Positions 20,185 through 28,508 of a DNA stretch of 64,000 nt are shown here, piece by piece. The translations under genes and the position numbers were made by a program. The stretch's first letter is position 1. Each line of letters begins with the position of its first letter. The notes below the pieces were generated by a model, which was not told the DNA's origin, did no database searches, and saw nothing but the letters and a program-made list of their open reading frames with translations. Source of the stretch: a virus; the IMG/VR virus record IMGVR_UViG_3300027896_000011, positions 1-64,000 of that record; one strand, given 5' to 3'.

Positions 20185-20253
20185 AGTGGTGAGGACACAC
20201 CTAGGAGGTTGGAGAACCATGGTGCAGCTAGCAGCGAAGATGTATCCTCACCA
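20164..20253 (-). ncRNA. Candidate ~90-nt small RNA: 16-bp stem with an anti-RBS/anti-start-codon loop
   Basis: Arms 20187-20202 and 20238-20253 pair fully on the minus strand (two G-U pairs). Own promoter at 20259-20287 and terminator at 20164-20184. Confidence 0.6.
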
Positions 20254-20258
20254 AAGTA

Positions 20259-20287
20259 CTTATACCCTGATAAGTTTATTATTTGCT
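20259..20287 (-). promoter_or_regulatory. Phage-consensus promoter AGCAAA-N17-TATAAG
   Basis: One of five copies of the same motif. Confidence 0.65.
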
Positions 20288-20292
20288 AGCTA

Positions 20293-20318
20293 ACAAAAGT
20301 CACGAGTGTGACTTTTGT
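20293..20318. terminator. Bidirectional intrinsic terminator
   Basis: ACAAAAGTCAC-GAGT-GTGACTTTTGT perfect inverted repeat. Confidence 0.7.
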
Positions 20319-20336
20319 AGACGGGGGACTGGAGAA

Positions 20337-20399
20337 TTATTTGCCTTTTACTGTATGTAACGCAGGCATTCCCTTCTTTCCCCAGGTCTTTTTCAGCAT
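20337..20399 (-). CDS. Possible 20-aa micro-ORF MLKKTWGKKGMPALHTVKGK
   Basis: Start overlaps the end of the upstream micro-ORF. Confidence 0.25.
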   Translation of the reverse strand: MLKKTWGKKGMPALHTVKGK

Positions 20400-20518
20400 T
20401 TCCAGTTTTCCAACTCAATTTCCAGATCGTCAGCTAGACGATCTAGAGCCATCTGGTCTAAGCCAGATGACTGCTTAGATTTGAATACCTCCTCTAACTC
20501 TAACTTTTGTTTTGTCAT
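20393..20518 (-). CDS. Possible 41-aa micro-ORF MTKQKLELEEVFKSKQSSGLDQMALDRLADDLEIELENWKC
   Basis: Starts 1 nt after the stop of the 20520-20594 ORF. Confidence 0.4.
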   Translation of the reverse strand: MTKQKLELEEVFKSKQSSGLDQMALDRLADDLEIELENWKC

Positions 20519-20519
20519 G

Positions 20520-20594
20520 TTACACCAGGAAGTAAATTGCGGTGAATACTATCAAAAATGTCAAATCCCATTTGTAGATCATGTTTTTGAACAT
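20520..20594 (-). CDS. 24-aa hydrophobic micro-protein MFKNMIYKWDLTFLIVFTAIYFLV
   Basis: AGGAGG RBS 6 nt before the ATG, directly behind the promoter at 20613-20642. Confidence 0.55.
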   Translation of the reverse strand: MFKNMIYKWDLTFLIVFTAIYFLV

Positions 20595-20612
20595 GGTTTT
20601 CCTCCTATATGT

Positions 20613-20642
20613 CTTATACCGTTAATAGGAGTAGAATTTTCA
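20613..20642 (-). promoter_or_regulatory. Phage-consensus promoter TGAAAA-N18-TATAAG
   Basis: Motif copy followed by an RBS and ATG. Confidence 0.65.
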
Positions 20643-20658
20643 TAGCTATGATCAAAAA

Positions 20659-20686
20659 GAAAGGGGGACGGTTAGTCCCCCTTTTT
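20659..20686. terminator. Bidirectional intrinsic terminator ending the replication operon
   Basis: AAAGGGGGAC-GGTTA-GTCCCCCTTT with A/T tracts on both sides. Confidence 0.8.
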
Positions 20687-20885
20687 AAATTGAATGTCTA
20701 CGAATTAATGAGATGATCTTCTCTTTAGTAGATACGTCGTCATCTGTTTGATAGATCACTAATCCATTTAACAGATTTTGTAACTCCTCTACATTTAAAG
20801 TATCAAGTTGCTGAGAAGGGATACACTGTGTTTCATTTGTAGTGGGAGCCCTAAGTCCATAAGTATTAGGGCTTATTCTTTTCCC
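20685..20885 (-). CDS. -1 frameshift extension (~64 aa) of the 20873-21373 gene
   Basis: Slippery G GGA AAA at 20885-20879, 5-nt spacer, 8-bp stem at 20847-20873; the -1 frame stays open up to the terminator. Confidence 0.65.
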   Translation of the reverse strand, partial: GKRISPNTYGLRAPTTNETQCIPSQQLDTLNVEELQNLLNGLVIYQTDDDVSTKEKIISLIRRHSI

Positions 20886-21373
20886 GGTTCAAAATCATTA
20901 TTGGCTTTTGTGATTTCAGCGTCTACATCAGCTGGTTCAAGGTCAGTAGTACCAAGGAACATTTTAAGCATAGCCATGAGCACATAGACTTGTCGTTGAA
21001 CGTCAATAACTTCTGACTTTAGATTCTTTTCCAACTCATCTACTGCTAATCCAAGTTTATCGATACGAGTAATAACAGCATTCTCTTCTTTCTTGGAAGT
21101 TTTAGTAGGCTTTTCTGTAGGGGTTGGAGCTACCTCTTCAGATACCTCTTCCGTCTCTGGTTCAGGCTCTGGAACTGACTTCAAGCTAGTTGTCTTTTTA
21201 CCAGGTTTTGTCTCAGCTGCGCCACCTTGCTTGCTAAGAATGAATTCAATTAGGTCTTTGGATGCAGCATTTACTGCTTCTTTTGGGGTCATACCAAATT
21301 CGTCACTAACTGCTAATGTACGAATTTCAGATCTGCGTAGTCCTTCGAGTTCTTCACGTGTGTAATTAGCCAT
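20873..21373 (-). CDS. Protein with N-terminal Rho-N/HeH-like motif, acidic linker and coiled coil
   Basis: YTREELEGLRRSEIRTLA...KDLIEFIL. Confidence 0.65.
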   Translation of the reverse strand: MANYTREELEGLRRSEIRTLAVSDEFGMTPKEAVNAASKDLIEFILSKQGGAAETKPGKKTTSLKSVPEPEPETEEVSEEVAPTPTEKPTKTSKKEENAVITRIDKLGLAVDELEKNLKSEVIDVQRQVYVLMAMLKMFLGTTDLEPADVDAEITKANNDFEPGKE

Positions 21374-21602
21374 TTCGGTGTCTTCTCCTCATTTTCGGCG
21401 ATGCACTCTTTACTGTTTGTAATTTAGGATTTTCGAATCTGAGCGCCCAAGATCCGAAATCCCTTTCAATCTGAAAACGTGCATTCATTTCACTTTCGGC
21501 TACACGTTCCCAGGCACTGCAATGGTACCCTGTTACTATTTTATTTTCATCAACTACCGAACAATCTTTTAGATGTCGGCATGATGTACACGCCCTCATC
21601 AC
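21366..21602 (-). CDS. Small Cys-containing hypothetical protein
   Basis: CTSCRH..C...HC; coupled to both neighbours. Confidence 0.6.
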   Translation of the reverse strand: MMRACTSCRHLKDCSVVDENKIVTGYHCSAWERVAESEMNARFQIERDFGSWALRFENPKLQTVKSASPKMRRRHRNG

Positions 21603-21970
21603 GAATCTCTTTTTCCCCGCACCATATCCGCTTTATTCATACGTCTAAAGCCTTCGTCATGATTAATAACAGCGCAGATAGCTACTCGAGCCGGTGGACA
21701 AAGAGGACAGAAGTAATCTTCAGATTTACACTTTAATTGCCCTAATATTGTGTCAGGGTGTGTCTCCTGCATGTAAAGCATTAGTTCTCGCTCATCATCT
21801 ATAGGGTCCGGACTATCTATTTCGTCCGGAGATATAGTACCTGTGAGTAATCCTGTCAATACCTCTCTTCCCATTCCACGGTGTGCAGAAAGATGTCCAG
21901 CCTTTTTGCATAGAGCAATCAGTTCGGTTACATTTAGTTCATCGAGAGGATGTACTTTCTCTAGCATCAT
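21599..21970 (-). CDS. Hypothetical protein with HeH-like N-terminus and Cys cluster
   Basis: LDELNVTELIALCKKAG; C.....CPLCP...C. Confidence 0.6.
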   Translation of the reverse strand: MMLEKVHPLDELNVTELIALCKKAGHLSAHRGMGREVLTGLLTGTISPDEIDSPDPIDDERELMLYMQETHPDTILGQLKCKSEDYFCPLCPPARVAICAVINHDEGFRRMNKADMVRGKRDS

Positions 21971-22403
21971 ATTGTTCCTTAGTCAGACCCACTAGGTCCT
22001 CAGTGATAGGTTGCAGGGATATATACATCCCTGGATGTTCCGGATCACAATGTTTCTCCAGAACCAACCTGAAGTTATGCTCATCCCCTATACCTATTGC
22101 CTCAGAAATGGTGTCCTCTATGAGCTTAACTTGGTTGCTAAGATCTATACGCTTATACCGCATTCCCTTCGTAGATTTCAGGTACTCAACTTGATCAAAG
22201 AATACACTTAAGCGTAGCTCATATGGTACGTTCTCTTTAAGCCCCAAAAATGCTGCTCTACCATCTTGTTGAATAGCTCGCATAGCAAAGACTTTAAACG
22301 CCCTTGCCTCTGGAGATAGAAACCGTCCCTTCCCTGGGATGTTTATGTATATTTTGTTGGATGATGGGGGTAGTTTATCTATCCACACACGTAGTTGGCT
22401 CAC
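21939..22403 (-). CDS. RusA-like Holliday junction resolvase
   Basis: PPSSNKIY and RIDLSNQVKLIEDTI...GIGD match the RusA DxDNxxKxxxD pattern. Confidence 0.75.
   Translation of the reverse strand: MSQLRVWIDKLPPSSNKIYINIPGKGRFLSPEARAFKVFAMRAIQQDGRAAFLGLKENVPYELRLSVFFDQVEYLKSTKGMRYKRIDLSNQVKLIEDTISEAIGIGDEHNFRLVLEKHCDPEHPGMYISLQPITEDLVGLTKEQYDARESTSSR
22152..22180 (-). promoter_or_regulatory. Intragenic phage-consensus promoter TGAAAT-N17-TATAAG
   Basis: Full motif match inside the RusA-like gene, upstream of the last three operon genes. Confidence 0.5.
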
Positions 22404-22999
22404 TGACGACCTCTCCGGAAAACAGAAAGAACATCACTTCTAGCTGGACCAGCTTTGAAATTATTGGCTTTACGTTCTCCTGTATACCTATGCCCATCAA
22501 CATTACTATTATGCTCACAACCAGTAATAACCCTAGAGATAGTCTCTATGTCCCGGTATAACCCCTCCGTAATGGCTTTGAGCATAGTATATTTGTATTC
22601 AGCTGTTTCAAGGTCTGCATTGAGCTTGATGTACCGTAGGTCTGTACGTGTAGCATCATCTTTATCAGATACTGTCTTCTCGGCTGATTTCTCTCTTCTG
22701 ATTTTAGCCCAGGCAAAATCTCTAGCAGACTCTGCTGTATTCTTTGTTATACGGGCTTTAGGAACTAGGCTATTAGAGTAGTCATACCATGCTGTATACC
22801 AGTTTAGTAGGTCTAGTAACTGAGACATAGTCAAGTCGCTTATACGTTCTGGTAGATAAGGTCTATCTGCTAGGTCTCCATCACGTCTAGGTCTTTCTGC
22901 TTGAGGAAAGCCCATCATGGACATGTCTGCGTCTCCTTTGTCTACAGCCTGTGCGTACAAAGATATCCCTTGTCCATATTCTGCTTCAGTGATTGGCAC
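22400..22999 (-). CDS. Helical protein, possibly a UvsY-like recombination mediator
   Basis: KTVSDKDDATRTDLRY...ISRVIT; located near the RecA gene. Confidence 0.45.
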   Translation of the reverse strand: MPITEAEYGQGISLYAQAVDKGDADMSMMGFPQAERPRRDGDLADRPYLPERISDLTMSQLLDLLNWYTAWYDYSNSLVPKARITKNTAESARDFAWAKIRREKSAEKTVSDKDDATRTDLRYIKLNADLETAEYKYTMLKAITEGLYRDIETISRVITGCEHNSNVDGHRYTGERKANNFKAGPARSDVLSVFRRGRQ

Positions 23000-23878
23000 T
23001 TACTCCTCCTTTCGTCGATCACTTCGAAAGATAGTTGCTGCAAGTGGCCCTCTTGATTTTCCAGGAGGTTTACAGATTTTGGCGTATTTACAGTTCTTAC
23101 AAGTAGAGCCTATTTCCTGTTTTGGCTCTTTATTATTCATTGCACAATCACGTACATAATCTAGTTTATCCGTAATGGCTTTCCATCGATGCTCATCAAA
23201 CTCCATAACATATTCAGCTAGACTTGAATCATTTTTGTTATAGTACAAAAAGATCATTACCGGTAAGTCTAAACAAGCCTGATACACGGTCCCTTGCATT
23301 ATGTGTTCTGCATGTGGACCATTGGTTACTTTAAACCCATCCGTATTGATGGTCTTTATTTCTAGTCCGGCTCTAATATGTGCAGCAGGAGTGTTTACTT
23401 CGTACAGCCCGTCCATGTGCGCGGAGATATCATATTTATCTGCTATGATATTGTTCTCCGGACAGATTTTTACTTCATCTTCAAACTTCTCTGTCTTCTT
23501 GTGCTTCTTTGCGTACGCTATTAAATACAGCTGTAGCTGTAAGTGTATAGCTGAACCGGTATCAAAAATACGACGAAGTCTCGGATCAAATGACTTCTCA
23601 ACTTTAGCTCCAATATACCCATAATAGAGGGCTCTACCACAGCCCATTGGGTAATTACCGTCTAATGTCTTTCCAGTTAGGCTACCTATTTCTGAAGCGT
23701 GGAAGATGTGACTTCTTCGTGGAGCGTCTCCTATACATAGTTCACCACGCATTTGCAGAGGTTCTATATTTAGGTCTTCTAGGAAGGACTCAATGCGGTC
23801 TTTAATTACTATATTCTGTAGTATGCTTCTATCAAATTCCCTGCTTTGCGCAGTAGTCAGCAATTCGGCTGTATTCAT
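23000..23878 (-). CDS. Cas4/RecB-like PD-(D/E)XK exonuclease with Fe-S cysteines
   Basis: CGRALYY, GSAIH, HMDG, LEIKT, QGTVY and CKNCKYAKIC. Confidence 0.8.
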   Translation of the reverse strand: MNTAELLTTAQSREFDRSILQNIVIKDRIESFLEDLNIEPLQMRGELCIGDAPRRSHIFHASEIGSLTGKTLDGNYPMGCGRALYYGYIGAKVEKSFDPRLRRIFDTGSAIHLQLQLYLIAYAKKHKKTEKFEDEVKICPENNIIADKYDISAHMDGLYEVNTPAAHIRAGLEIKTINTDGFKVTNGPHAEHIMQGTVYQACLDLPVMIFLYYNKNDSSLAEYVMEFDEHRWKAITDKLDYVRDCAMNNKEPKQEIGSTCKNCKYAKICKPPGKSRGPLAATIFRSDRRKEE

Positions 23879-24417
23879 TTAAATTTCTCCATGAGTTCGA
23901 GGAACAGATCATAAGACAGTGTTACATATCGTTTGTCTAGCTTACGGAAGTTCAACACTAAAGCAGGTTTCTCTCCTGAGAGTTTAGCGTGTCTTGCAAC
24001 AGCTTCTAAGTCGCTGCTGTGAAGTGTGTAGCTTTTGACACTGTCTGTATATTTGTGTTCAAACCTCCACTCACCATGTACTCGAACATCATCTTTGGCA
24101 TCTTGATTTCCAGAACCTGGCTGTACAACACCATCGACGTCTATTGCTAGATTTCGTTCCATTTCTCTAGATAGGCGTACTCTTCTTGCAGCTCTTCTTG
24201 CAGCTTTTTTTGCTACTTCAGCGTCTGCATATTTGACATCGAATTTTATTACGTGGCCATTATCTTGACACTGATCACACAGACGGAAGTCTTGTAGAAT
24301 ATCTTCCGTCTGTGCGTTCCTAAGTACATACCTGGTACTTTCTCTAACTTTTCCGCAGCCATTACAGGAGAGGCCAAAACCTATGTATCTGATACCTAGT
24401 TCCAGGTTTGTACTCAT
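23875..24417 (-). CDS. Hjc-like PD-(D/E)XK resolvase/nuclease with N-terminal Zn ribbon
   Basis: MERNLA...PGSG...DV...FEHKYT...PALVL; CNGC and CDQC. Confidence 0.7.
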   Translation of the reverse strand: MSTNLELGIRYIGFGLSCNGCGKVRESTRYVLRNAQTEDILQDFRLCDQCQDNGHVIKFDVKYADAEVAKKAARRAARRVRLSREMERNLAIDVDGVVQPGSGNQDAKDDVRVHGEWRFEHKYTDSVKSYTLHSSDLEAVARHAKLSGEKPALVLNFRKLDKRYVTLSYDLFLELMEKFK

Positions 24418-25721
24418 TACTTGTACCTTATGTGCCCCTGTCCTGCGAACTTAATAGCCTCGATTCGTAAAAGAGATTGAAAGTCATTATCCTCTTCAAT
24501 TCGTCTTTGCATTTCTTCTTTACTACCGAGCTTCATTTCTCCTAATAGGAAACCCACTTTTGAGCCTCCATAGGTTATGATGTTATTAGTAACACAGTAA
24601 TTTTCTAAGTCAGCAGCAACATCAATTTGCGGAGGATTGAAATAATAGTTATATGTTCCAGTTAGTCCTTCGTGGGTACCTGCCTTACCTTTGGTCAGTT
24701 CCCATACGATCTCTTTACCTACATCTTTATCTTTAACTGTAATGGCCTTCCCTTTACGTAGTTGTATATCGATCATCTTTCCATGACGAAGAGCATAGGC
24801 TCCTGTGGTCTTATACTCCCTGGCGTGCCCATACTGCTTCAGATTAGCCCGGACTTGACGAAGACCAATGATAGTAGTTTCATTCTCCCACATATATGGG
24901 CGTTGGCCTTCCCAAGAGCAGTCTCCATTCCCACATTTATATGAGTAATTACCTTTGCCGAAGAGTTTAAAACCTAAAGGTCTATTTAAACATTCAGGAC
25001 ATATTTTTTGTGGAGAAAGAGCACCAAAGACTTTTCTCATCCAACGGGTTTGTACGTTAGATGCGTCAGCTACTTTGGCATTATCTTCCAGTTCTTTATT
25101 TTCATCAGCAATAGTCAGCATGGCGTCCCATGAGTCTATGCCTATGATCTGATAGGCGTTACAAGCTACCCAATCTACAACACCCTCTAGGATTTTCTCT
25201 GCTGCAGCACCACGGAATACATGGAAGTTTCCGATCTGTTCTCGAAATTCATCTGCTTCTTCAGAGGTGAGTTCAGGTTGTCCTTTTAGATGTCGTTCTC
25301 TACCTATTGCTTCTATTTCGTAGTTAGATAGAGCTACTTTTACACCTATAGCTCTAGCAAATAGCTTATCAAAAGCCCCTTCTAAACAAACCATGCCTAT
25401 GTTGGTACTGCCTCTGTGTATACGTTGCTGATTGGCCAGGTAGTGATTAAGAAGTAGGTTCTTTCCAATACCATCTAGCCCATCAATTTGAGAGAGGCCC
25501 CCAGCAGGAAGGCCTCCACCACAAGCAATGTCTAATTGTACAATACCACTAGGTCTACGCAGATCGAAACGCCCTTCAATCTCCTCCCCACGCTGTAGAA
25601 CAACTGCATCCCCACCTAACTTTGCTTGAAGGGCGTCTAGTAGTTCATTGGTGTCTGTTCGTGGAATTTTATTGCGGTCTATGACTTTTGTTTCAGTTAC
25701 TTCCTTTTTAACTTTCGCCAT
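24417..25721 (-). CDS. recA: RecA/UvsX-like recombinase
   Basis: PSGIVQLDIACGGGLPAG, Walker A GLDGIGKN, Walker B IIGIDS, QVRANL, TTGAYALRH, KGK. Start moved to MAKVKK (25721). Confidence 0.8.
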   Translation of the reverse strand: MAKVKKEVTETKVIDRNKIPRTDTNELLDALQAKLGGDAVVLQRGEEIEGRFDLRRPSGIVQLDIACGGGLPAGGLSQIDGLDGIGKNLLLNHYLANQQRIHRGSTNIGMVCLEGAFDKLFARAIGVKVALSNYEIEAIGRERHLKGQPELTSEEADEFREQIGNFHVFRGAAAEKILEGVVDWVACNAYQIIGIDSWDAMLTIADENKELEDNAKVADASNVQTRWMRKVFGALSPQKICPECLNRPLGFKLFGKGNYSYKCGNGDCSWEGQRPYMWENETTIIGLRQVRANLKQYGHAREYKTTGAYALRHGKMIDIQLRKGKAITVKDKDVGKEIVWELTKGKAGTHEGLTGTYNYYFNPPQIDVAADLENYCVTNNIITYGGSKVGFLLGEMKLGSKEEMQRRIEEDNDFQSLLRIEAIKFAGQGHIRYK

Positions 25722-25887
25722 TGACACTCTCTTGCTTTTTTGTAGGTTCCTTTTCGTATGGAAGGCTGCCCTTCTCATCATCTAGTGGGATATTGGCGTC
25801 AGGGTTATTTGATAAGTTCTTCCCTGCTATTTTTTCTTGTTCCACTTTCTTTGGGTCGATCACTACTGCATATTTTTCCATCTGCAT
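25708..25887 (-). CDS. 59-aa protein MQMEKYAVVIDPKKVEQEKIAGK...GSLPYEKEP...
   Basis: AAGGAG RBS; bridges the HU and RecA genes; has a KIA motif. Missed by the ORF track. Confidence 0.55.
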   Translation of the reverse strand: MQMEKYAVVIDPKKVEQEKIAGKNLSNNPDANIPLDDEKGSLPYEKEPTKKQESVNGES

Positions 25888-26215
25888 TCTCCTTCGGTAA
25901 GTATTGGTTTATTACGTCTGGCTCCTGAAACAAAATTACGGAATTCCTAACTCCAAATTTTAGTGTTGTACAAGGCTTGAACCTTATTCTACGTCTAGCT
26001 TTAGTCCAATACCGTTCTCCGGTTTTGTAATTACGGACAGAATGAGGAGCTGCAGGTACGTTAAAGAACGTACCTACAGTATTCCATTTTACATTCTGTC
26101 CTCCAGTGAGCGCGTTATGTATTGTTGCTGCAACGATTCTTAGCAGTTTCCTAACTTCACGCTTGGTGTAGTTAGTTTCTTCAGATACTTTTGTGACTAA
26201 TTCTGAATACGTCAT
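25805..26215 (-). CDS. HU/IHF-family DNA-binding protein
   Basis: MTYSELVTKVSEET...VGTF...RNYKTGE...ARRRIRFKPCTTLK. Confidence 0.85.
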   Translation of the reverse strand: MTYSELVTKVSEETNYTKREVRKLLRIVAATIHNALTGGQNVKWNTVGTFFNVPAAPHSVRNYKTGERYWTKARRRIRFKPCTTLKFGVRNSVILFQEPDVINQYLPKENADGKICSSDRPKESGTRKNSREELIK

Positions 26216-26216
26216 A

Positions 26217-26756
26217 TTAACCTTTGGCTGTAGCCCAACTATAACCACTACCACCATCAACATTTAACGGAACGGAAAGATCAAAAGGAAGTGGATGTTC
26301 CATTTTATGTTTGATGATTGGTAGCGCCTCTTCTACGGATTCTTCAGGTACCTCGAAAATAAGTTCATCATGTATTTGGAGAAGCATTTGTACTCCCAGA
26401 TTTATTAAAGTTTGATCAAATTCACATGATATCATAGCTCTTCTAGCTACATCTGCTGCAGAACCTTGAATGCGTGAATTAACTGCTTGGCGTTCTGCTC
26501 TAGCTAATTCTCCACGTTCTCTACCAGTCATCGCACTACGGTACATTCCTCCAAGAGTTTCCATACCTGGAAATCTACGAGGACGGCTGGTAACAGTACG
26601 GACCATGTGTTGCTCACGTATCGCTCTATGAGTATCTTGTATAAATTGTCTAACTTTGGGGTATGGACGGAAATAGTCTTCAATTTTGACTTTAGCGTCA
26701 TTTACAGATATGCCGAGGCTGTGTGCAAGTTTATTTGGACCTTCACCATAGGTTAA
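26217..26756 (-). CDS. polA: Family A DNA polymerase, exon 2
   Basis: LTYG (end of motif B), ERQAVNSRIQGSAAD, motif C QIHDEL. Confidence 0.9.
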   Translation of the reverse strand, partial: LTYGEGPNKLAHSLGISVNDAKVKIEDYFRPYPKVRQFIQDTHRAIREQHMVRTVTSRPRRFPGMETLGGMYRSAMTGRERGELARAERQAVNSRIQGSAADVARRAMISCEFDQTLINLGVQMLLQIHDELIFEVPEESVEEALPIIKHKMEHPLPFDLSVPLNVDGGSGYSWATAKG

Positions 26757-27034
26757 CGTACTAATCCCAAGTTTCCTTGGGTACTGACTATACCTTTGAA
26801 GAGCATTGGAGTTGAGTAGTTTCCAATTACGTAACATTTTGCTCTTCTTCCACCGTATCAACAAGAAAACGTGAATGACTACACTGCTTGATTGATCAAG
26901 CTTCTTGTTGAGGACATCCTCCGGTGTCCAAGTCGATACACTACCCTTATTGGGCAGCACGGGATTGCCTTGTGCAAATGCATTTAGGTTTCCCCGTTTT
27001 GAGTGGATTTTACTTCGGCTTAACACATCGGTCT
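26757..27034 (-). ncRNA. Group I self-splicing intron (278 nt, no homing endonuclease) in polA
   Basis: Exon 1 ends in U and the intron ends in G. P1 CUUCGGU/GCCGAAG with U-G; core AAAACGGGGAA / AAUCCCGUGC / UCGACU / AAGGUAUAGUC; P9 CCCAAG-GAAA-CUUGGG. Splicing restores KTVGFG|LTYG in frame. Confidence 0.9.
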
Positions 27035-28429
27035 ACCGAAGCCGACTGTCTTGCTAGCTTGTCGGGCAAAACACATAGCTTTTTCAGTATCATTGAGTAT
27101 TGCTTCTGGGTTCTTTTTTTTCTTTAATGCCTTATTTAGCTCATCATAATCATACCCGTACATCATGCAGGCGGTACCTGCATGAATATCCCAACCACGG
27201 TTTATGACTCCTATCATGTTCTCGTCATTAGCCCCATGTGCCAGTAAGCGCATTTCTAGTTGGCTATAATCTAGTACGATAAACCGGTATCTGTGTTTAG
27301 GAATAAATGCTTCACGTAAGTGATATATATCGTTATCAGGACGAGGAATATTTTGAAGGTTAGGATCAGTGGAACTTAATCTTCCGGTAACCGTCACATG
27401 TTGTGTAAGTGTTGGATGTATTCTTCCATCTGGATCTGCACACTTAGAAAGACCTTCTACATACGTGCTTTTGATCTTATTAACTTTGCGTAGTTGTGAA
27501 ATCAATTTACATACTTCTACACCCTCTTCCGCATATATGTTTAATGTGCTTTCATCTGTAGAGGGTAACTGCCCTTTAGTCTTTTTGATTGGTTTAAGTT
27601 TGAGCTTATCAAAAAGTAGCCAACGAAGTTGGGCAGTACTTCGTAAGTTGATCTCTTTTCCTGCCACTTTATTAATCTTCCGTTCGAGACGAACAATTGC
27701 ATCGGACATCTGAGGTTTTAAGTCTTCTAGATACCCGGTATCGACCATAATACCTCTTCGGATCATATTGTAAAGCACCCGTGTAAAAGGCATCTCAACT
27801 TCTTGAAAGTAATCCCATAAAGAGATGTTATCTACCATCTCTTCCGCAGCTAGACGTTCTCTTAGTACATCTTTTACCTTGAATGTGGCGTAGGCGTCTA
27901 GTGAAGCGTAATTGATAGCAGCCCTGAAATCTTCTTTAAGTCCGCGAAGAATACGAGTTTCAGTGCTGTCATCTTTAAACTTCTTTGCAAAGGTATCTTT
28001 GAAACTGGCCATGTTCATGTTGCAGTAATCTAGAGCAGTTTCTTTTAAACCATGGCAGCCTTGTCTGTTCTCATCATGCAGCCAGTCCATTGCAAGAGTA
28101 CAGTATGCGTTACCGATGGGGGCGCGTACTCCTGAGTTAGCTAGCATACAGAAATCGAATGTCATATTAGTGAGCCACCAAATCATGTTTGGGTCTTGAG
28201 AAAGTTCGGCATCAAAGATGCGTAACATGTCTCTACTGAAGCAGTATCGTTTTTCCGGAGAAGGACAAGCAGACCAAACTACAATATGATCTTTCCAACG
28301 GTTAAGTCCTGTGGTTTCTGTATCTATTGCACACTCTCCAGTATCTTTAGCGTGCCTTATAAATTTCATCATCTCTTCCGGGGTGTCTACCCAAACTACT
28401 GGGGGTAGTGGTTGAAGAATTCCAGCCAA
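27035..28429 (-). CDS. polA: Family A DNA polymerase, exon 1 (3'-5' exonuclease and polymerase)
   Basis: IDTETTG, YASLDA, TGRLSSTDPNLQNIP, motif A DYSQLEMR, motif B RQASKTVGFG. Confidence 0.92.
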
Positions 28430-28456
28430 AGCGCGGCCCTCCTATGGGTGTTTTGG

Positions 28457-28494
28457 AAAGAAGAAACCCCGCCCTCTATTACTAGAGAGCGGGG
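28457..28494 (-). terminator. Intrinsic terminator after the SSB gene
   Basis: CCCCGCTCTCTA-GTAA-TAGAGGGCGGGG followed by TTTCTTCTTT. Confidence 0.75.
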
Positions 28495-28508
28495 AGTTTA
28501 TGCTGCTA

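Noticed and set aside
23000-23878. Cas4-like nuclease as evidence of a CRISPR-Cas system
   Set aside because: No repeat-spacer array or other cas genes were seen; solo Cas4-like exonucleases are common in phage replication modules.
26217-28429. polA as a pseudogene or natural two-subunit polymerase
   Set aside because: The interruption is fully explained by a group I intron. The N-terminal ~90 aa of ORF 26217-27026 is translated intron sequence.
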